Shown in pieces: positions 1 through 14,174 of a DNA stretch of 64,000 bases. A program made the translations under genes and the position numbers. How positions within the stretch are numbered: position 1 is the stretch's first letter; every line of letters begins with the position of its first letter. The notes below the pieces were generated by a model, which was not told the origin of the DNA, ran no database searches, and saw only the letters and a program-made list of their open reading frames with translations. The stretch is from Monocercomonoides exilis PA203 (taxonomy: Eukaryota; Protista; Preaxostyla), in contig LSRY02000003.1 in assembly GCA_001643675.2 (NCBI GenBank), positions 1,736,001-1,800,000 on the forward strand, given 5' to 3'.

Positions 1-495
1 ATTTTTTCATGAAATAAATGGAACGAAGCTTTATTTCGACTAAAGTTCTTTTTGAGAAAGATATTGTACACAAAGATTTTATCACCGCATATGCTTGTTA
101 AAGAAGGACCGATATTATTAATTCTCCTTTTAAACCTTTGATTCAAATTAAAAGAAAATTCAAATTCTATTTCTTTATGTTTTCAACAAAAATTCATGTT
201 CAATGACGAATATTTAAAACAATGATTATTCCATACAACAAGGATAGAAAATGATATCATTGTTTTTTCTATTACTGAAAAAAAGAAAAGAAATAATTTT
301 TTCTGCAATCGGATTTGCAGGAATTTAAACAGAAATGAAAAATGGTATGATAATAAAAAGAAAAATCTTCTTAATTTTTCCGAATTCTCAAATATTTTCT
401 CCGAAACATTTGAATATCCTCCGTCAGGTTTAATTTTCTCCGTTTTATGCTGAATAATACAGTTAATGGTTGTTGATCTATATACATTGAACTTA

Positions 496-1475
496 ATGAA
501 CTCTGACTGCTCTGCAAACAACGAATGCCCCACTCGTGCTATGATCCATAAATGCAATCTTGAATCTTACATTCATTATATTTACCGATCTCTTATCTGG
601 GAGAATTGGATCGGCTTTGGGATACTAGCTGTTATTGTGTTGATTGATTTCATGTTTGGGCAATATATTAATTCATCTTTATGATGCATTTTTTCAATTC
701 TTACACAATACTTGGAAATGCAAACGTTTATTTTCCTTTCAATTTTGTTTTTCTTAAATATAGCTTCATCCGCAAAACAAATTTGGCAACCCTTTCATAT
801 TTGTGCTTGCTGGCTCTTGAACTTTATTGGATTGATTACGTCATGAAGATGTTGAAACTTGTTGGCCCAGAAGGACAAGGAAAAGATGATGTGGAAGCTA
901 TTGACAAAATGCTTGAACCAGCCCAAAAAGTTAAATGCTTGGTTCAAAAATCATTGGAGAATGAATACGTCAAAAAGGTTATGAGCACCCCAATTTACGT
1001 TCCTTTGTGCATCTCTGCTATTGCTTTGGTTTTCGTTTTGTTTGCTGAAATCTTCTGTGGACCTTTCCTCTCCATTGTTGCAATTTTGTGCATCTTCACT
1101 ATTCCCGGAATTGTTCATAGAAATTATCACAAGATGGCAGCTGAACAATTCAAGACTCAAGTCTGGCCCAAAATCCAACCATTATATGAGGCCCACATCC
1201 AACCTCAAATTGAGAAAGTTTTCAAAAAGAAGGGAAGTGAATCTGCTTCGTCTTCAGCTGCATCAGAATCTCCAGCACCCGAAACAAAAGCACCAGAAAC
1301 ACAAACTCCACAACAGGAAGAAGCAGCTCCTGCACCAGCTCCAGAGAAGACTGAAGAGACAAAACCTGAAGAGACAAAACCTGAAGAGACAAAACCTGAA
1401 GAAACAGCAGCCCCAGCCGAGGCACCAAAGGAGGAAACTCCAGCTGCTGAAGAAGAGAAGCCAAAGGAAGAGTAA
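496..1475 (+). CDS. Reticulon-like ER-shaping membrane protein; join(496..653,764..1475)
   Basis: ATG at 496. A GTTTGG...TAG intron (654-763) joins the two ORFs in frame (DF-I-FIRKTN). Two long hydrophobic hairpins start after 'LIWENW' and end 'LCIFTIPGIVHRNYH', typical of the reticulon domain. Acidic Ala/Pro/Glu tail. Confidence 0.7.
1351..1406 (+). repeat. 15-bp coding tandem repeat (TKPEE)
   Basis: ctgaagagacaaaac x3 plus a partial copy. Confidence 0.9.
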
Positions 1476-2272
1476 ATAACAATACTTTTCAATTATTATG
1501 TTGTTCTCGCGTTTATACACAATTATTTGATGAAATTACGTATTTTGGATTTATTTATCATTATTTTACCCAAATTCTGTTCTTTCTGAGCATTCTTTTT
1601 GTAAGCATCTGATATTTCTCATTTTATTTATATTATGTGATCGCATTGTGCATTAAAAGGGATTCTTTCCTCTTGCTAGTTGAAATTTTCTTTTTAAGCT
1701 TCTGCTTTTTTGGATTGTTTTTGAAGCACATCGATTTTGTAACACCAATATTTATCAAGGTTTCTTTTTTTGCCATTTTTTGTTTTTGAAGAGGGAAAAA
1801 TCATAACAAAAATGAAAATGAAGATAAATACCACAAAAAAGTGATTGTCACTGAAACTTAATCAACTGCAAAATCTTCAAATTACAAATTAGGCATCATT
1901 CAAAATGATTCTCAACTTAAATACCAAAGTTTGATATTCTTAAAAACTCAATAAGAATATACAAGAATGAAAAGAGACATAACTGTGCAACAAAAACCAA
2001 AGCTTCAAAACAGGAAGAATTTGAATAAATCGAATTCTTCTTTTGAGTAGGAAAATAAAATAAATAATAAGAAAAATCAATTTTCTTAAAAAAGAATCAA
2101 AAAATTATCGAACGAAAAAACAAATTTCAAAATCATCTAGTGAAAATATTTGATTTCTAATAAAAATTTCTTCTTCATCCAATCATCCAAAGTGTAGTTT
2201 ATAAAAGCAATACCACTTTTATCTTCAACCTCCCTCCTCTATTCCCATACTCCCCTTTCTCTCTCTCACTCA

Positions 2273-2276
<4 letters not shown>

Positions 2277-2333
<57 letters not shown>
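2277..2333. repeat. (CT)n microsatellite directly after the SCAR stop codon
   Basis: Uninterrupted ct dinucleotide run. Confidence 0.95.
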
Positions 2334-2338
<5 letters not shown>

Positions 2339-4840
2339 CATCATCAAAGCTATCCGTGCTACTCGACACTGAGTCATCATCCCCGACAATCAGTGCCCGC
2401 ATCGTCTGCGCCTTCTCCAGCAGCGCCGACACGAGTGACTGCTTCTGCGGCGGGAGCTGTTTTTCTGCGATTTTCCGCTCCGAAGCAGGGCGCAGCTTCA
2501 CTCCGCGCTTGATTAACATCAGCGTCGCCAGCTGCGGGCTTAAGAGGCGGGCGGAAGAGAGAGGGTCTTTGGAGGAGGAAGAGAGGGAAGGATCGACTTT
2601 CTTCAGCTGCACACCTGCTTTGATCGATTCGGTGAGGCTGAGGCTGAAAAGAATAAAGAAATGAAGTGGATTAATTGAAGGCGGGGAGAAAAAATATAAA
2701 AGGAAATATATTGAGAATAGAAAATATTCAGAAAAACGAAAAGAAACAAAAAAAAAAAATATGAACAGATTTAGATGACAAATCAAGATTGAAAAAAAAA
2801 AAAATAAAACAAAATAAAATAAAAACAAACCCGATTCCAACAGCTCTCTGTACAGTCTTTGGTTTTGGTGCGACATTTGGAGCTTGAGGAACAGAAGATA
2901 AAGGAGGCGGAGGAGGGACAGTATTCAGCGGGGGAGGAGGAGGGATAGAAGAGAGAGGAGGCGCAGGAGGAATTGAAGGAAGCGGCGGGGCAGGCGGAAT
3001 GGACTGATTTGAGGCGGATGATTGAGAAAGAGGTGAAATGGAATCTGAAGAAGAAGAAGAAGAAGAAGAAGAGGAGGAGGAGGAGGAAGAAGAGGAGGAA
3101 GAAGGTGAAGAAGAAGAAGAAGAAGATGTTGATGACGTTTGTGGAAGTGGAGGTGATGATGTGAGTGAAGGTGGAAGAGGAGGTGCAACAGGAATTGAGG
3201 GAAATGGACTGACAGAAGGTGAATTTGAAGAAACATTTGAAGAAATCGCAGCGTTATGTGAGTTATTCGAATCTTCTGTGATTAAAAGCTGGTTATTCTG
3301 AGAAGAGGATTCAGAAGAAGAAGAAGAAGAAGGAACTTCCGAAACAGGAATAGCTGATAATTCTGCAGAGAGAGAAGAATTCAAAGGCTCTGGTTGTTGT
3401 TGCTGTTGTTGCCGCTGCTGTATATGAGCATCATTTCCAATAGAATTTGCTTCAGATGATTGACCTTCTCCACAAATGTCCTGTTGTTTGATATCATCAG
3501 CCTGCGAAACTTGAGAAGAAAGAGAGGATTCTGTCGTTTTCTGATCAGATTTTTGATCTGTTTCACGTTCTGTGCCTTTTTCAGAAGAGTCTGAAATTGG
3601 AGGAGAAGAAGATGAAACACTTTCATTAGTCCCGTTATCAGCTAACGAAGAATTGTTTGAAAGATCTCCATTTGTATCAGACGAGACAGGTATATTGCTT
3701 ATGCTGGAAATTTCGTTCTGTGTTGAATTTTGTTCAGAGTTGAGTGTTTGAATGGTTTGAAGCGAAGCATTTGGCATTTCTGGCTGTTGCGAATCCTCAG
3801 AGCGATTAACCGATGAACCGCGTGAAGGAGATTGCGTTGTATTGACTGACTGTGCAACTTGAAGTGGATTGCCTTGAAATGCGACATTCTGCTCAGATGA
3901 CACGTTGTTTGTGTTTTCTCTTCCGTTTGAATTGGATGAAATTGATGATTGATCTTTTTTGGTATTCTCGGATATGCTTATTGATGAAAGAGGCGGCTGC
4001 TTTTTAATAAGCGTTGGATCGAACGTGCGAATAGGCGAAGAAGGAATAGGTGCAGGAGAAGTTTGCGTGGCTTTCTTCTCTTTTGTTTTCGCAAGAACAC
4101 GGGGCTTTCTTTTATCCTTAGCTCGTTCCTTTTCTTGCTCTTCAACACCAGTTTGAAAGGATTCAAGCCAATGTGTCATGAAGTATCCAGGATTTGAGTA
4201 CTTTTCTGATAGATGAGGTAATGATTCCGGACGTTGATTTGAAGGAATTTCATCAAGAATTCGATCAATAACATGAAAATTTGGAGCAGGCTCAGCTGCT
4301 TCGTATAATGCCTGAATGCTTGGAGAGCGAGATTCAACTGTAAAAATATCGTCTGTGGACGATCCTACAAGAGAAAAAGGATTACCTATTAAATTACATT
4401 ATTGTGAAAATTGATTTTTGAGAAAACATCTAAAAGAAGCAAACATTCTTTAAAAGCAATTTCATCAAAGCCTATTCGATAAAAGACTTGTTGTATTGAT
4501 GGGATTTTTGCCTTTATTGCTTGAGTTCGTTCTGCAAGGTTTGTTATTGATTCAGAAAGATTTTTAACTTTTTCATCTATTGTACTCGAAAGATGATTCT
4601 AAAGTTTATCATTTGTCATAAATTAATTTAAAATGCAAATGCGATGAAATGTTATTAAACACAAACAAAAATTCCAGCAATCTGTTGAATAGCAAGCAAA
4701 ACATTACAATAATCAGTAATTTCAATAGCTTCTCCAATAGTTGAATCAATTTCCTGATCCTTCAACACAGTAGATTCAACTTTTTGAGAACCTGATAACG
4801 ATGGTCCAGAGGCCACCAGAAGATGAGATAATTGAGTCAT
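2334..4840 (-). CDS. SCAR: SCAR/WAVE-family actin nucleation-promoting factor; complement(join(2334..2643,2831..4385,4445..4598,4667..4840))
   Basis: Three GTTTG...AG introns give one frame. The WAVE homology domain motif 'IFTVESRSPSIQALYEAAEPAPNF...KYSNPGYFMTHW' is followed by a basic stretch, a Ser-rich linker, poly-Pro, WH2 motifs ('LTESIKAGVQLKKV', 'LIKRGVKLRP'), a central helix and an acidic tail. Confidence 0.85.
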
Positions 4841-5074
4841 GGATCAAAAATTAATACGAGTTATAGGAGGTATTTTCAATAAAAAATAATAAAATAAAAA
4901 TAAAAAAAATAGTTCAAAATATCACAAAAATATCATAAACAACTCAAAAATGAAAATCTCGTATATTTTATAAAGAACTCTTAATAACTATTTAAACACG
5001 CTAAATTTATAATTGGAGGTAACAATAGCAAATTAAGAATTATCAATACACTCGAAAAAAATAAAAATACAAAA

Positions 5075-8000
5075 TCAAGAAGAATGTTTGCAACAAGTTG
5101 TAAATTTAACATCACTGTACAAGTATTTAAAGGGGTTCTCAAATAAACAATCATCTTCGGATTCGGATGAGTCCTTTTCAGAGAGTGGATGATTGGTTTT
5201 CAAAGAATTAGAAGGAAAATATTTGTTGCTCTTTCTGTTATTTGGAACGGAAAATTCATTTTTCGCAAGAGAATTAGCTCTGCTTCTCAAAAACATCTTC
5301 TCCTTTTCTCCGCTTTCGACGTTTGTCACATCAACCTCCACATCGTCTGTATCGTCGCTGTCTGAACAGAAGCCTTCATTCTTCGTTTTGTCGCATCCCA
5401 ATTTGCTTTCCTTCTCTTCTCCTTTATTCTGCAACTGCACTGGATTCCCCTTTGACTGCCTTCCCTTTTTGCGTTTCTCCTTCCACTTGAACTTGATTTC
5501 GCGCGCCTCCCACACAAACCGCGACGGCGGGCGGAGGGACTCGTAGAGATGAGAGAGAGGAGAAGGGTCGGACAGGAACGAATGTCCCAGCAGTGGAAGC
5601 TTCATTGCTTCAGAAACAGCAGAGGGTACACTTTCGGGATAGCACGGAGTGAGGCTGAAGTGGGAGACGACGGGGTAGATGTGAGAAGGCTGAGAGGAAG
5701 AGGGGGAGCATATAGAGGAAGAGGAGGAAGAAGTGGAAGAAGCTGAGATTGTTGGAGAAGATGATGGTGTTGGTGAAGAAACAGGAAGTGAGGAGGAAGA
5801 AGAAGAAGAAGAAGAAGAGGAGGAGGAGGAGGAAGGAAAAGCAGGAGAAGAAAGAGAAATTGCATTTGAAATAGAGTTTGAGGAAGAAAGCTGAGAATCA
5901 TTTGTGTGTGTGGCAGATGAAGAATGCAAGTGAGAAGAAGGTTGTGATGTGGTGGAGGAATTCAAAGGAGAGGAAGGAGAGGAAGAAGAAGGAGAGGAAG
6001 AAGATGAAAGAGATATAACAGAGACGGATGTGAAAGTGTTTGCTTCAGAAGATGATTTAGAGGAAGGTGAAGATGAAGAACTGTTTGAAATGTTCAGAGA
6101 AGAGAAGGAAGAAATAGAAGAAGAAGAAGAAGAAAGAGAAGAAGAAGAAGATGATGATGAAGTGTGAAATGAAGAAGAAGTGAATGATGTTGCTGTACTT
6201 GCAGACGCAAATGTTGAGAAAGTGAATGGTGTTTCGATAATTTGCTGCTGAATCCTTCTTCGATTTTTGATTTCAGGCAGAAAATCTGAGCAAAGCGTGG
6301 TCAGAATCGTTACAGGCCTATTCTTCTCTTTTGTTGTTTTCTTCTTTTCTTTTGCTCCTCTTTCTTTCTGAGCCTTTCTAATGTCTTTGTCAAATCCATC
6401 TTCCTCTTCCTCTTCCTCCTCCTCCTCTTCTTCTTCATTTTTCTCATTATCGATGCATTTATCTGTCAGACACAACGATCCCTTTTTATCTTTATCACTC
6501 ACAAACTCATTTGCACTCCTCTTCTCATCCTTCTTCTCTCCCTTCCCTTCCTTCCCCTCCTTCTCCCCACCCACTCGAATCCCCTGGCTAGCCACATACG
6601 CTGCATAGTTCAGAAGGATGCTCTGTGGCTCAAACACATCCCTCGTCGCTGACACGCTGCTGCTTGCAAACACACCTGCATTGCCCAATCTGCTCTTCCC
6701 GAGAATCGCACGAGGGATCGGCACAGTTACAAGCGGTGGCAGCGAGAAGGAAGAAATAGAAGAAGAAGAAGAAGGAGAAGAAGGAGAGGAAGAAGACATG
6801 TTTGATAAAGAGGCACAGCTTGGGCTAGTCATATCGAAGGACTTCTGCGTGATTGAAGAGGAGTCTGTGGCAGGAGATGAAGGAGTGAGTGGCTTTGGAG
6901 GAGTTCCAACAAGAACAGAAGGGGCAGACAATTGCGTGTGTGGCAAGGGAGAAAAAGGAGGAGTAGCAAATGTTGAGGAGGCTGTGATGTTTTGAGTGTG
7001 CAGCTGGGCAGATGAGAGCGTGCTGCCGAAAGAGTAAAATGTTTGCTGCTGTTCATCATTTTCATCACCTCCTTCTTCTCTTCTCCTGTCCCTCCTCCTC
7101 CTTTCTGTTGCTTCCTGTGCAAGCCCTGTGTCGAAAGCGTCAATTTGCGATGTGCAAAACTCGTCTTTCTGTTTCGTCTTCGTCTTCGCCTTTGGCTCTT
7201 CCTGCTGTCTTCCTTTCCTCTCCTCTGCACTCAATTTGCTTCTGAAATCCACCTTCTTTGCCTCTTCCATTTGAACTTGAACTTCTCTCTCTTCGCTTCT
7301 TGGAGGTGTCATAAAGCGAGCTGATGAACGCAATGTGCCTTGAAGCTCCTTCCCTCTTCCACCGCCATTTCTCATTCGATGCCCATTCGCCTCATTCACG
7401 CTGTTCAGCACAGCCGGAGCGCGGAAGCCGTACGAAGTGCTGAAGCAGAGCGGAATGCGCCTCTGGGGAAGAGGAAAACAGTTCAAATGCACATTCAGCG
7501 AAGCTGCAGAATGCATTGATTGCGATGATGATGATGATGAGAATAAAGAAAAAGGAGGAGGATGGGAAGAAGAAGAAGAAGAAGATGAATTTGAAAAAGA
7601 GGAGGAAGAAGAATTAAATGGAGAAAGAGAAGAAGAAGAATTAGAAGAAGGTGAGGAAGAGGAACAGGACGATCTGTTTGAAGACAGAGGAATCTGCGGG
7701 ATCTGGACAGAGCCAGATATTCCATCTCTGTCCGCTGAAAGAGAAATGTCTGTCTTGTCTTGCCCAGCCAAAGAGCTGCCCATGCAATCAGAGCGAGGCT
7801 GTGCAGATGGTAAGGGAGGAGAGCATGCTGCATAAGGGAGTGGTAACTCAGCAGGAATTTGTGCTGGAAAGCGGGGATCGTTGGCTGTATGTGTTTCCTG
7901 CTGCTTCCCCAGCGACTCAATAAACCGCCTCTCTCGCTCTGCAATGGGGATTGCTGGCGCCTCTGATCCGATCGGTTGCAAAGAGGCTGATGACACAGCA

Positions 8001-8921
8001 CGCCGAGCACCTGCTAGGCTGAAGAAGCCAGAAAGAACACGCCCAACAAATGATTGAAGCCTGTGTTGATGAAGCGAAAAGAATGTTGTTTGCCAAGCAC
8101 CGAAGAAATACAGAAAATAGCAACAGAAATAACAAACGAGTTGACAAAAATATCAGTTAAAATAAAATGACAAAAATGCAAACCACTCCAAGTTTTCTCT
8201 ATCCACGGGGTAATTATCATAAGTCCCAAGAAATAGTTTGAAGCGTCCTTCCAATTCAGAACAAAACGAAGGAGCACATGCTTTCAAATTCATCTGGTCA
8301 CGACAGTACAAACAGCAAGTGCACACACAAACACAAAATATTAGTCAAAATAGAAGTCCTTAAAAACATTTTTATAAAAAAAAAATCTCATCACACATGC
8401 AATAACTCCAATTGATGGCTCAGAAAACGAATGTTGTAATCCGAATAGCTCTCCAAAAAATGATTCGTGAGTGTCATCGAAACAGATTCGCAGATTCCAA
8501 TAACTTGCATGAGCTGAGGAAGAAAGACAAGATAATCTGTAATTGGTTCGAATCAATCAGTTCATAATTAATTTCACAAACTTTCGATTTTGCCTCCTCC
8601 GGCAGATGACGACCCCCCTAAAACTGTGGGGAATATTCCATTAATCTTCCATGTTCGGAGTCCTTCTTCTCTGCTGCTAAAGCCCCCGCCATTTGTCACA
8701 AGCCAGATAATATCATCTGAAATATCTTTCTTCGTCAACTCAAGCTTCGGCTCCACTTTCAAGTTTTGCTTCACTCGCAGATAATGAAGCTTTAAGCTCA
8801 GAGGAAAAATCTCTTTGAAAGGCTGTCCCGAATTTATGCACCAATAAATCCCTGAATCCCTTTCCCGCTCATGGCTTCCTTCTTTCAAACGCTGATCAAA
8901 TTTTCTACGCGGTTTTGGCAT
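5075..8921 (-). CDS. Large Ser-rich, mostly low-complexity hypothetical protein; complement(join(5075..8060,8184..8293,8397..8536,8582..8921))
   Basis: Three GT-AG introns with compatible phases link the 8921 ATG ORF to the 973-aa ORF. No family recognised. Confidence 0.65.
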
Positions 8922-9508
8922 TGCGTATTATCTTCAAAATTCGTTAAAAGAATTTTTGATAAAAACATTGTTTTGCATTATATCCACCAAAAAGGGGAAA
9001 AAAGAAAAAAAACATCATATGAGACATCAACAACAAGAAAACAAATGTTTTCAGTTATAGGAATGGAAAACAAATAAAAGACTTACGTTTTCAGCAAACA
9101 ACGGTCAGTTCACAAAAGGGCTTGTCAAAAAAATCTTTGGATGCAAAAAAGAGTGAAAAATACATAAATAATGGTACTTCATATTTTTATTGGTGTTATC
9201 CTCTGACTGGTCATTTTTTAATTGAGATATCTATTTTTAACAAAGTGCAATGAAGTTATTTCAAAACATAAAACATTCAGAAACAAAAAGAAAAGAAAAT
9301 TTTTTTCTACACTCTTTTTTAATATATTTGAATTATAATAATTTACAGATTATAATTGTTAAAACAGAATTCCTTTTCTAACTTATCGTTTCAACAACCG
9401 TCATAAAAATGAACAAAGCTAGAAAAATCTAAAGACATTTCATTCAAACTGAGACCTGATTACAGTTAAAAAATTACTTTTGTTTTTGTAAAATCAAATT
9501 TCAGGTTC

Positions 9509-10718
9509 ACTTCAACCAACACCAATTCAATCCCCTCCTTCTCTCTTCACTCATCTCTCTCCATCCACTCATCCATCTTCAAACACACCCACAACCCCAT
9601 CGATGGTGCCATCCTCCCTTCCCTCAACAGCCCATCCACATCCATCTCTGCCTTCAACACCTCTTTCCTTCGCCAAACACGCTCTTCATCAAATGATCCT
9701 GTGAAATATATTGGATCTGAATCTCAACAAGAGAAATTAAAAAGATTGTCCTTTATTGAATTGAACAGCTATCTCTTTGAGTGGTGCGAATGGAATAATT
9801 CAAATGGAGGAAATGATTATGGAGGTGCTCTAAAAGTCAACTGCACGAATGCCAATCTCACAATCACTTCTTGTTCATTCAATAATTGTTCAACAAATGG
9901 ATCCAATGGTGGAGCGTTATACAGTTACTGTTTGCAAAATGAGAATATTGCAAAATCCAACTTTTCAAACTGTTCTGCTCCTCATGGAGGAGCAATTTGC
10001 ATTGATGGTCGGCAATCATCTTCCGTATATTCATTTTCTGATAACAGAGTGGAAAATTGTTCAATAACAGGAACCATTGGAACAGGATGGTATTTCTATA
10101 TTGAAAATTTTTCTTCAAACGGTCAATTCTTGTTCACCAAATGCAAGTGCTTCTCAAATTCTGGTGGTGATTCAACAGGTTCTCTCACATTCAATTGGCC
10201 TCCACAAAATAAACCAAGCCAGTTTTCAATCGTTGAGTGTCAGTTCATCAATAACAAATTGACAAGTTCATCAACTTCATGGGGAGGTGCTGCAATGTTT
10301 TTCAGAGACACATATTCCTGGATGAATGGAAATAAATTCATCACATTCTGCTTCTTCGATGGCAATACAGCAATAAATGGAAGGGGAAACGATGTGTTCT
10401 TTTACGGAAGTGATATCACCCAATCTCCATTCCAGCAATGCGGCTCAACAACCCTATCGAAAAGGGTGTATAATAATGGAACAGCTGAAAACGCTGAATA
10501 CAACAGTTGGCTTCCAATCATCAACCAGAACAAAATAGTTTCAAATGGTGGAAGTGATGCTGATGCCTGTGGCAAAGCACAGCAAAGCCCATGCGCCACA
10601 GTGGAGTATGCTCTCGGATGCATTGCTCCCTTCAGTGATGCCTCCCTCTCCCTTCTCGTCTCCTCTTTCACTCCCACAAACACTCTCACATTCTGCGCGG
10701 TCGATACAAAATTCACTG
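9509..10718 (+). pseudogene. Cassette 1: partial copy of the receptor N-terminal beta-helix domain
   Basis: Open frame 9470-10750 with no upstream ATG or signal peptide. Aligns to ~54820-56030 (HTHNPIDGA...FEWCEW...GGAL...FCFFDGNTA...AVDT). Confidence 0.85.
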
Positions 10719-13700
10719 TATGCGATATTATTTATCTAATTCTCATATAAATTTCTTCTAATCCTGATGGCTTTTCATTTCACTTTGCATTCATGAATTT
10801 TCATCTTCTTTTCAACAAGAGAACATATCATCACTTTTCTTTTGAGAAGTCTAACATCGGATCGCATTAAACATATTTCTTCGATATTTCCTCTTCGAAT
10901 TTCTCCTTTTCATCAAATGCAAATTCCATTTGTTGCTTTTAGGAATCATCTGCTTCCCTTTCTTCAATCATATTCGAAGGTTTTTCAATTATTAAATTTT
11001 ACTCAATTTTCTTATTTCAATGTGTTTGTATCCGATTCGCTCAACTATCTCTTTGAAATTTCTCTTCAAATAACACTTTTCTTCAAAATTGATTTTCCTC
11101 TTTATTTCATTTTCAACTATTTGTTGTGGTTTCGCTGCTGTGAAATCTACCGAATGCCATTTTTGGAACCCAGCCATTCCAAACAAAAATAGCCTCATTG
11201 TCCTTTCCTTTTCACTTCAGATGCTTCAGCCTCCTAATGAAAAAGTCAGAATCATTTTCTTGCTGATTGCTTGTCTTCTCATAAGCTTTTCTCTGCAAAA
11301 AATAGAATCGTTTCCGTTGACATATTATTTCAGCTGATATTCATTATTTGAATAAGTATTTCTTTGTATCTTTCCAAATCGCAACGATAGATGAGGTCTG
11401 GCACTGAATTCGATGGGAGTTGAACGAACTGAAAAAAATAGTATCATTTTTAATTCGTTCATCGAAGAAGGCGTTGAAGAAGAAAAGAAGGATCACGATT
11501 GTTGAAAGGAAGATAGATGCTGTGTGAATGTGCGAACGTATGAGGAAGAACGAGGTCAAAGAAGAAGAAGAAGAAATTGAAGTTAAAGAAGAAGAAGCAA
11601 ATTTTGAGCGAATAAGATTTTGTGTGTTTTTGGCCATGCGATTCATAACAGGCGTGCTTGTCGCTGAATAAACAGGTGAAGTGTGAGAAGGCGAATCTTG
11701 TGTTTGTAAATCAAGAAATGAGGAAGATGGTTGATTGAATGAAGGAGGATTATCAGAAGACGACGATGATGAAAAAGAAGGAAATGATGTGGAAGAAGAA
11801 GATGCAGTTGAGAAATGCGAAAACAGTCGAACAATATTTATGAAGAAGATAATGAGAACGCTTTGCGTGATGTTGTTGGTTGGACAAAACGTCTCGCTTG
11901 ATGCATTAACTTCACATTGGTTAGAAAAACTCAATCACAATATTTGTGACGAACAGATTGTGGAAATCAATCTTGCTGTATATTTCCAAAGGCAATTGAA
12001 TTTCATTTTGCGATTTCCTCTCCTTTCTCTTCAAAAATAGAAAATGTTGATTTTTCTCGATTTCCATTCCCTTCTTCCATTCAACCCCCAAAATCATCAG
12101 AAAATATCAATCCCCTCCTTTTCTTCACCTTTCCCTGTCTCTTCCAAAAAAACATTCTTCTCCTCTCATAAAAGTTACCCCCTTTTCATATGAACATTTC
12201 TCAATTTCCCTCTTCTTTCCAGCTTTTGCCCTCTTTTCCTTTTTTTCAAATTCCATTTCTCCAATCACCAATCAGTCCTCTTTCATCATCTCCAACCACT
12301 TCTCTACATATTTACTATATTATCTTCTCCAAATCTCCACCCACTCTTCCCCACCCCTTTGTCTCAGAATTTCTTTCATTCAAAAACACCTATTGAAATA
12401 TTAACATTCAAAAATATACTCAACTCTCACCCCCTGCTACAAATAATATTCTTCCATCTCTTCTCTGCCCCATATCCCTCATGTGCCTGGTGTTGATGAG
12501 ATAGACATCAAATATTTCTTTTGGTGATTGAGAATATTATTAAAGGAGATGATCATGCCAAAAACAGAAAAACACATCTGGACATCAATCGCACTGCGGG
12601 TTGGTTGAGAAGACCCCCCAGTGAGATACACGATGCATTTTGTGGAGATGCATTCCATGCCGCAACTTGACCATTCTGAGACTGAAATGAAGAGATTGAA
12701 TTTTTGGAATGATGATAGCTGTGGAAATGAGTGTATTTGACAAAATACAATCGATGCGCAGTTTGACATTTATTTATTTTTCTATATATGAATATTTATC
12801 TGTTGAATGTTTTTGTGTTGTTTTCAGGGCAGGAGGTGGAAATGAATGAAAATGAACGAAAGCGGGATATCTCATTGTGCAGGGTGGCTATGGAGTTGGG
12901 AGAGCGAATTCATATGGAAAGTTCCCAGGATGAAGGGATTGGGGAGGGAATTGGAGATGATATTTTCAGACGCAAAAACAGGACATTTTTCAATGATGAG
13001 AATGGAATTTGAGCACGATGCATAAATCTCACATTTTTCAGAAGGGAGGGAAATCGATGCATTTGATGGAGAAACAACTGATGGAAAGGATTATTTGCGA
13101 ATCAGATGATGAAACATTCGAAAAAGGAAGGAATAATGAAATTTTATTGAGGGGAAACAGGTGCCAATAGGATAACATAGAGTAATTGACTGAAAAATGT
13201 TTAGAAGGTTTGATATTGATATTTATTTTGAAGTGATTATTATTTTGTTTTAAGAATGCTGAAAGAATGAAGGATTAGATGGCTTTGAAGAAGAAAAGTG
13301 GGAAAGAAAAATAAAGAGAGAGATGAAATTCGATATTTCGAAGATGGCTTGCATTGTGCTTTGACAAATAATTATTTTTGAGGAAAGACGATTTTTTGTG
13401 AAATAAGGGGAAGTGAAAAAGGAAGAGATGGAATGAAAAAGAGATTGACGCGTGCTTTGTATTTTTTGTTGGAGAGAGAGAAAGAGATTGAGCTGAAAAT
13501 GAAAAAGGATTCAGAGGCTATTGTTTGCAAGAAGAAAAAGGAACATAAGAAGAGAATTTCAATGAATTTCTCCGTTGGTATTAATTGACACTCATCATCT
13601 CAATTTTCAACAATTAATCGTCTCATTCAATCCATTCATCATCATCATCTTCTTCTTCTTCTTCAGACACATCAACAACATTTCACACAGCATCTCCTTC

Positions 13701-14174
13701 TTTATCGTCATTCACTTCATCTGATTGGATTTCTTCGAATTCTGCGTTGAAATCAGAGAATAAGAGAGAAATGAAAAGGAAACAAGGAAATGTATTGATG
13801 AAGGAAAAAATAAGAAATAAAAATAAGAAAAAGAAAGAGAAAGAAATTCTTGAACTAGGGTTCATGCTTGATGGAAATGAGATTGAGAGGGTTGAAGAGA
13901 TTTTTGGATTAAAGAGAGAAGATGTTTCGAAGAGGAGATTCGAGTTGAATGTTGAATTTGGGAAGGAAAGTATTTGGATAAACGGAGGGTAATTTTGAGA
14001 AGCGATATAACAAACAAGGGTGAATGACAAGATTCAGGAAAAAAAACTATCAAATTTGAGAGAAAAGAAAGAATGCAAGGAGAGGAGAAAATAGAGAAAG
14101 GAAAAATAAGAGACGAAAGTTAGAAAGACATTTCATTGGAAGAATATGAAAAGAAAAAGCAAGAACCTGCCAAC

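Noticed and set aside
2925-7923. Many overlapping and antisense ORFs (poly-Glu, poly-Lys, poly-Leu)
   Set aside because: Shadows of TCT/TCC Ser-rich coding sequence.
11300-13300. Possible decayed genes (also ~19.2-19.6, 21.0-22.0 and 30.5-31.0 kb)
   Set aside because: Coding-like composition, but no motif I can recognise.
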